In this document: in pieces, positions 59,034 to 64,000 of the stretch | How the letters are laid out: each line of letters starts with the position of its first letter | Position numbering within the stretch: the stretch's first letter is position 1 | Notes under the pieces: model-generated | Told to the model about the DNA's origin: nothing | The model's database searches: none | What the model saw: only the letters and a program-made list of their open reading frames with translations | Source: Amphiscolops sp. MND2022 | Taxonomy: Eukaryota | Reading direction: 5' to 3' | Assembly: GCA_964187785.1 (NCBI GenBank) | Contig: OZ076409.1 | Span: 16,122,001-16,186,000 of the forward strand | Length of the DNA stretch: 64,000 nt | Program-made: the position numbers and the translations under genes

Positions 59034-62000
59034 GACAAAGAAGACGAACTGTCTCGATTAATGGCTGACACCAGGGCTGCGGAAGCGGACAAAGAGGCGT
59101 TGAAAAATGACCTTGATGATTTGCAGATCCAACTTGAGCACCAAGCGGAAGAAGCGCGTAATATGAAGAGAGAGGTCGGAAACCTAAACGATTTCCTCGA
59201 AAAACAGAAAAATGAAAACGAGAAACTGAAGCGACAGATGGAAAAAGAAGCCGCTCTGAAGCATAAAAAGCTGCAAGATTTGGAAGGGGAGTTGAAACGA
59301 CAGAAAAACGAAGCTGCTCTTGACCAGCAAAAGTTGAAGGGTGAAATTGAAAATGCGAAACAACAGGCGCAAGACGCTGTTCGGGAAAAAGAAAAGCAGT
59401 TGAAGGAGAAAGAAGATCAACTGTTGAATTTGCAAAAGGAGAAAGAACTGGAAATGGAAAATGCGAAAAGACACCAGAATGAACTGGAGAAAAAAATTCG
59501 CGAGATGAATGCGGCTAATTCGAAAGCGGAGGCTGATAAAAATTTGGAAATCGAGAAATTGAAACATGAGATAGAACGCTTGAAAAAAGACCAGGAAAAA
59601 GACAGAGTTGATTTCAGTGAAAGTTTGGAAAAGTTGAGACGGGAACGAGATGAGCTCAAGGAAACAATTGTGGATTTAGATCGGCGAAATCAAGCTGAGA
59701 TTGACAAAATAATAGCTGATTACGAGAATAAGTTGCGAAACAGTCGAGAAAACTACGACAAACTCAAAGAGGAAATTTCCGACATCAAGAAAAATTACGA
59801 CTCCGAGATAATGAAGCTAAAAGAGGAAAAAGACAAAGACAAGAAAATGTATTTGGAAGATATTGACGCTGTTAAAAAAGATTTGCAACAAACGAAGGAA
59901 TCGAATTTGAAAGATGTGAGCAAACTGAAACATGACAATGAAAAACTGAAAGAAGATTTTGAAGGTCAGTTGGAAAAAGTGAAACGGACAAAAGATTACG
60001 AAATTGAATCTTTGAAATCGGCATTGGATAAAATAAAAGCCGAGTACGACCAAAGTGTTGCCGAAAAACAAGTTTTCATCGATGACTTGAAATCGAGAAA
60101 CGACGAGCTGCAAACTGAACACGAACGGGAAACGAAACGTTTGGAGGAAAAAATTGACAAAATGAGCAACGAGTATAAAAATCATGTTGAAAAACTAAAA
60201 AATGACTTTTCGGCAGAGAAAAACGCGTTGTCGAAAGAATTGAATGATCTGAAAGAGATCAATCGTGCTTTGAAAGCAGAATGTGCCCAAGAAGTTGAAA
60301 ATGCTAAAAAGCAAGTAAAAACGAAAGAAGAATGGGCGAATCAAGAAATTGAGAAAATGAAACAAGACGCCTTGGATGAGAAGAAAATTCACGAGAAAGA
60401 AATTGCTGATTTGAAATCGAAATTCTCGAAAGAATTGGAGGGACAAGAAAAATCTGTGAGCACTATAAAAGCAGAAAAAGATTTCGACATTGACAGTTTA
60501 AGAGCTGAAATCGCAGCTTTGAAAAATGAAAATGCGAAATTGCGAGATGAATCTGCATCTACATCCGATCGGCTGACCAATGAAATTCATCGAATTAACG
60601 CCAGCAAAGATGACGAAATAACTCGTATCAAATTGGAGCTCGAAGACGAAATAGTTCACTCGGATACAATGCTCAACCAATTGAAAGCAGAGAAAATCCG
60701 ATCAGAAGAACAGCTCAAAGACGAAGTCCGAGAATTGCAGGAACGGCTGCAACAAGTTACTGAAGAATCAACAGAAAATTTGGCCAAATTGATGGAAGAA
60801 AAAAACAAGGAGGTGAAAAGATTGAATGAAGAACTTGCGAAACAGTTTGTTGCGAAAGACGAAGAACTTCAACTTTTAAAGACCCAATTGGAAGAAAGAA
60901 TGGATGAAGCGGTTCAAGCCAAAGAAGCCAGAGAAAAGGCGATTGGAAAGCTGAAGAAAGATTTGATTGACCTGGAAAACAAGAAAAACCAGCAATTCCA
61001 AGAAATGAAAGAGAAAAGAGACCAAGAAATTGATGAACTGAAAACTGAAATGAAGAAAGAAATTCAACAAAGAGAAGAATTCATCAAAAAACTTTTGGAC
61101 GAAATTGAAAAACTCAAAGCTGAGCTTCAAGCGTTGAAAGATCAGTTAAAAGACAAAGAAAACAAGCATTCTAAGTTGGTTACTAGTTTACAGGAGGAGG
61201 TTGACAATTTGAAAAAAGAGCGAGACGAGCAAAAAGTTAACTTACAGAAAGAGTTGAACGACATGAAAGCCGAACGCAAAAAGGAACAAGAAAGAAATAA
61301 TGCTGAAATAGAAAAGGTTAAAAAGGAAAGAGACTTGATTCAGAACAAAGCACAACAAGAAGTTGCAGAGATGAAGAAAGAACTAGAAGGCCAAAAAATG
61401 AAACACAGGGAAGAATATGATAACTTGAAACGCCAAAGCGATGGTGAGTTGAACATTTTGAAACAAGAAATGAACAAACAAGCAGCGTACAGGGACGGAA
61501 AGCTCAAAGAATCGGCAGACGAGATATTGAAACTGAAAAACTGCCACGAAAAAGAAATCAAGGCTTTGAACGACACTTACGAGAAACAGCTTCAGAATCT
61601 GTTCCATGAGCTGGACGAGAAAACAGCAGATCTGGACGAACTTAAAGATCGAAAAGAAGCGGAGATCACGAATCTTCAGCAAGATCTTCAGAAGTTGAAG
61701 CAAGATCGGGACACAGAAGTTGGGGCTTTGAAACAAGAAGTGCATGATTTGAAACAAGACAATAAAGCAGCGTCGGAGTTGAAAAACAAAGAAATTCTGG
61801 GGCTGAAAGAAGAACTGAAAAGAGCAAAGGATAATATGGACAAGACAGAGAAAGCATTGAAAGAAGAGTTGGCAGAGATGAAGCATGAATCTGAGAAGTT
61901 CCGAAGAGAAGCTTTTGAGAAAGAGAAAAGCTTGAAAGATATTAACGAAGATCTGCTGGACGAAAAAAGAAGTTTGGAGGACGAGAAGGCGGATCTGGAA

Positions 62001-62075
62001 CACGAGCTGAAAACATGCCAGTCTTCGTTGAGTGAAGCTCTGGAAAAACATGCACGGACCAAAAAAGAGCTCGAG
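59034..62075 (+). CDS. 3,042-bp coding exon of a giant coiled-coil protein
   Basis: Acceptor tttttag at 59033 and donor GTAAGA at 62076, phase 0; continuous E/K/L-rich heptads; orthologue not recognisable. Confidence 0.88.
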
Positions 62076-62641
62076 GTAAGATTTCCTAATGATACATCAT
62101 AAAACATTATAAAAGCTATTTTTATAACTAATTATAAAAATCAAATCATCTTTCATTGAACAAGAGAAATGATCGTTTTTTTTGCATTTGCTCATTGGTA
62201 CCCTGTTTCCGGGAAAAAATCATATAGGCAGTTTCTGAAAAAAGCAATTGGTTCATTGAAATGGCTAAAATTAAACCAGTATGCTAGTATTAAGAAACAT
62301 GATCCCAGTGGCAGCGCAATATTTTTTTTGTCACTTTGCAATTTAAAATACGGGGAAACTCTGGGACTTCTTGCCCTGAAATTTTCCACAAAAATGCTCT
62401 ATTTAAGCAGTCTTCATATAAAAAAATTGAAATTAATTCTCATTTTCAATAAAAAAATTAATTGTTTGACAAGGCGGCGCTTTCAAATCAGAGAATGTTT
62501 CGTTCATTCTTAAAGACAGGTTTTTTCGCTTTTTTGATAACAAAAAAACGAAGTGAAGTTGAAACTGGTGTCTTACACGGTACTGAAACTCTCATCTCAA
62601 ACCAAACCCGAATCCTTAAAACCAAGAAAATCTGTTCTTAG

Positions 62642-62957
62642 GGAGATCGCGATTTGCTGAAAAAAGAACTTCTGGAAGTGAAAGAAGAGAAAGACCGAGA
62701 TCTGGAGAGAAAGCAAAACGAGATAGAAGATCTCTGCACTGAGATTGGCAATATTCGAGCTGAGAAAGCGAAATCAATCGAACTGCTGCAGAAACAATGT
62801 GAACAAAACATTATAGAGTCGAAAGAAATAGTGAACAGACTTCAAGATGAGATCAAGTCCGCTTTGGACAACGTGAACGCTCTCAAAAGCGAAAACTCAG
62901 ATCTGAGAAGGAAGTACCAACAAGATTTGGACAAATTGAGAGGAGAAATTGATAAAG
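62642..62957 (+). CDS. Next exon of the coiled-coil gene
   Basis: Acceptor ttcttag at 62641, phase 0 in frame; probable donor GTGAGA at 62958. Confidence 0.75.
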
Positions 62958-63794
62958 GTGAGAAAGGTGATCACGCAATTAACACGCGGAGTTCAAAATT
63001 GCAGTTATTAAAATTCTAATTGAAACGTGAGGAGTTTCAAGTTACAAAACGCCCGCTGAGCACGGCGTTTATCTTGTTTGTTTCCGCCGATTATCTTGGC
63101 CGAAAAACTTAAGCCAACAAAAAACATCGAAGATTGCTCAAAAAAAGTTCAGAAAAATTTAAATATTGACACTTCTGGGCCGTTTTAGGCTCTTATGAAA
63201 AATAAGATTTCTTCATTATGGAATCAATTGCTTTGTCGTGGAAGTTTGGAACTACCAATTGAAGTGAGAACAGCCACCTTTACCATTGTGGTAGTTTCAA
63301 TTTTAGGTTTCATTTTTTTCTCTATTAAAAGTTATGCTAAGGAGTTGATTTTTTGTTGTTGAGCTTAATGGATATTCAACCCGACAATCATTCGAAAATC
63401 ATGAAAAGTTTGTATAAAAACAACGAAAAATGTGTGGGAAGTATCCAAAATGGCACTTTTTAATTTTGGGAACTTTTTGTAAAAAAAAGTTCAGATTACT
63501 ATAAAAGTCCGAAAGCTGCGAATCTTTCTCTGTTGTTTAATTTTGTGGAAAAATCCAGTTTTTCAAGACAATTTAGTCTATGGCAAGAATGTATAAAAAA
63601 CCCGCTGACAAAGATTTGGCATATGAGCGGAAAATCAGTTATGGACATAGATTGAAAAAATCCTTGAGAACTGTGTATTTGACATCTATATGTCATTCGA
63701 AAAAGAACTCTGAACAAAAACAGAGGATGATCAGCTTTTGGTTGTGGACGTAAAGGGCACTTTTTACAGTCATTGCTGTGAGAAATAACAAATG

Positions 63795-64000
63795 GGTTCC
63801 ACCTTCAATTTTTTCTATTTTGCAAAAGAATGGATGTTCAAAAACTCCCAAAGTTTTTACATTTTTCGGCACTATGCGACTTACCGGAGACCAAAAAAAT
63901 TTGACAAAAATTCCGAAAAACTTCGGAATTTTTTTTAAAATTTTATCTTAATGCGGGTACTGTAGACGAGAACACTTGACACTTTGAAGTCCTTTTGCTA
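63795..64000 (+). mobile_element. HINE-family copy, truncated by the window end
   Basis: Closely similar to 24555-24740. Confidence 0.7.

Noticed and set aside
59184..62107. Many F/L/S-rich antisense ORFs
   Set aside because: Shadows of the E/K-rich coiled-coil exon

Overview
Eukaryotic (animal-like) genomic DNA, AT-rich and dense in transposons; the species cannot be fixed from the sequence. Host genes are intronless mevalonate kinase (17906-19075), SETD1-type H3K4 methyltransferase (19661-23692) and MED6 (25683-26435), plus a spliced giant coiled-coil gene (from ~47569 to beyond 62957). Mobile DNA includes a near-intact BEL/Pao LTR retrotransposon, three decayed LINEs, nested hAT elements, several MITEs, a Helentron-like (HINE) family and a piggyBac with a Tudor-like N-terminus. 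The centrepiece is a full-length 15,008-bp Polinton/Maverick (adintovirus-like) endogenous virus at 30833-45840, with a TGTTGA target duplication, AGTAGT TIRs and all six core genes, most carrying lesions. Three unexplained features of this element stand out. (1) 11 of its ~13 start codons sit in TAAATG, the poxvirus late-promoter motif, suggesting transcription by a helper giant virus. (2) A 12-bp GC-rich palindrome, GCGNAGCTNCGC, is scattered through its TIRs and inserted in frame in its genes. (3) A structured, Pol III-like RNA candidate lies just inside the left TIR. All family calls come from motif recognition by eye; no searches were run.
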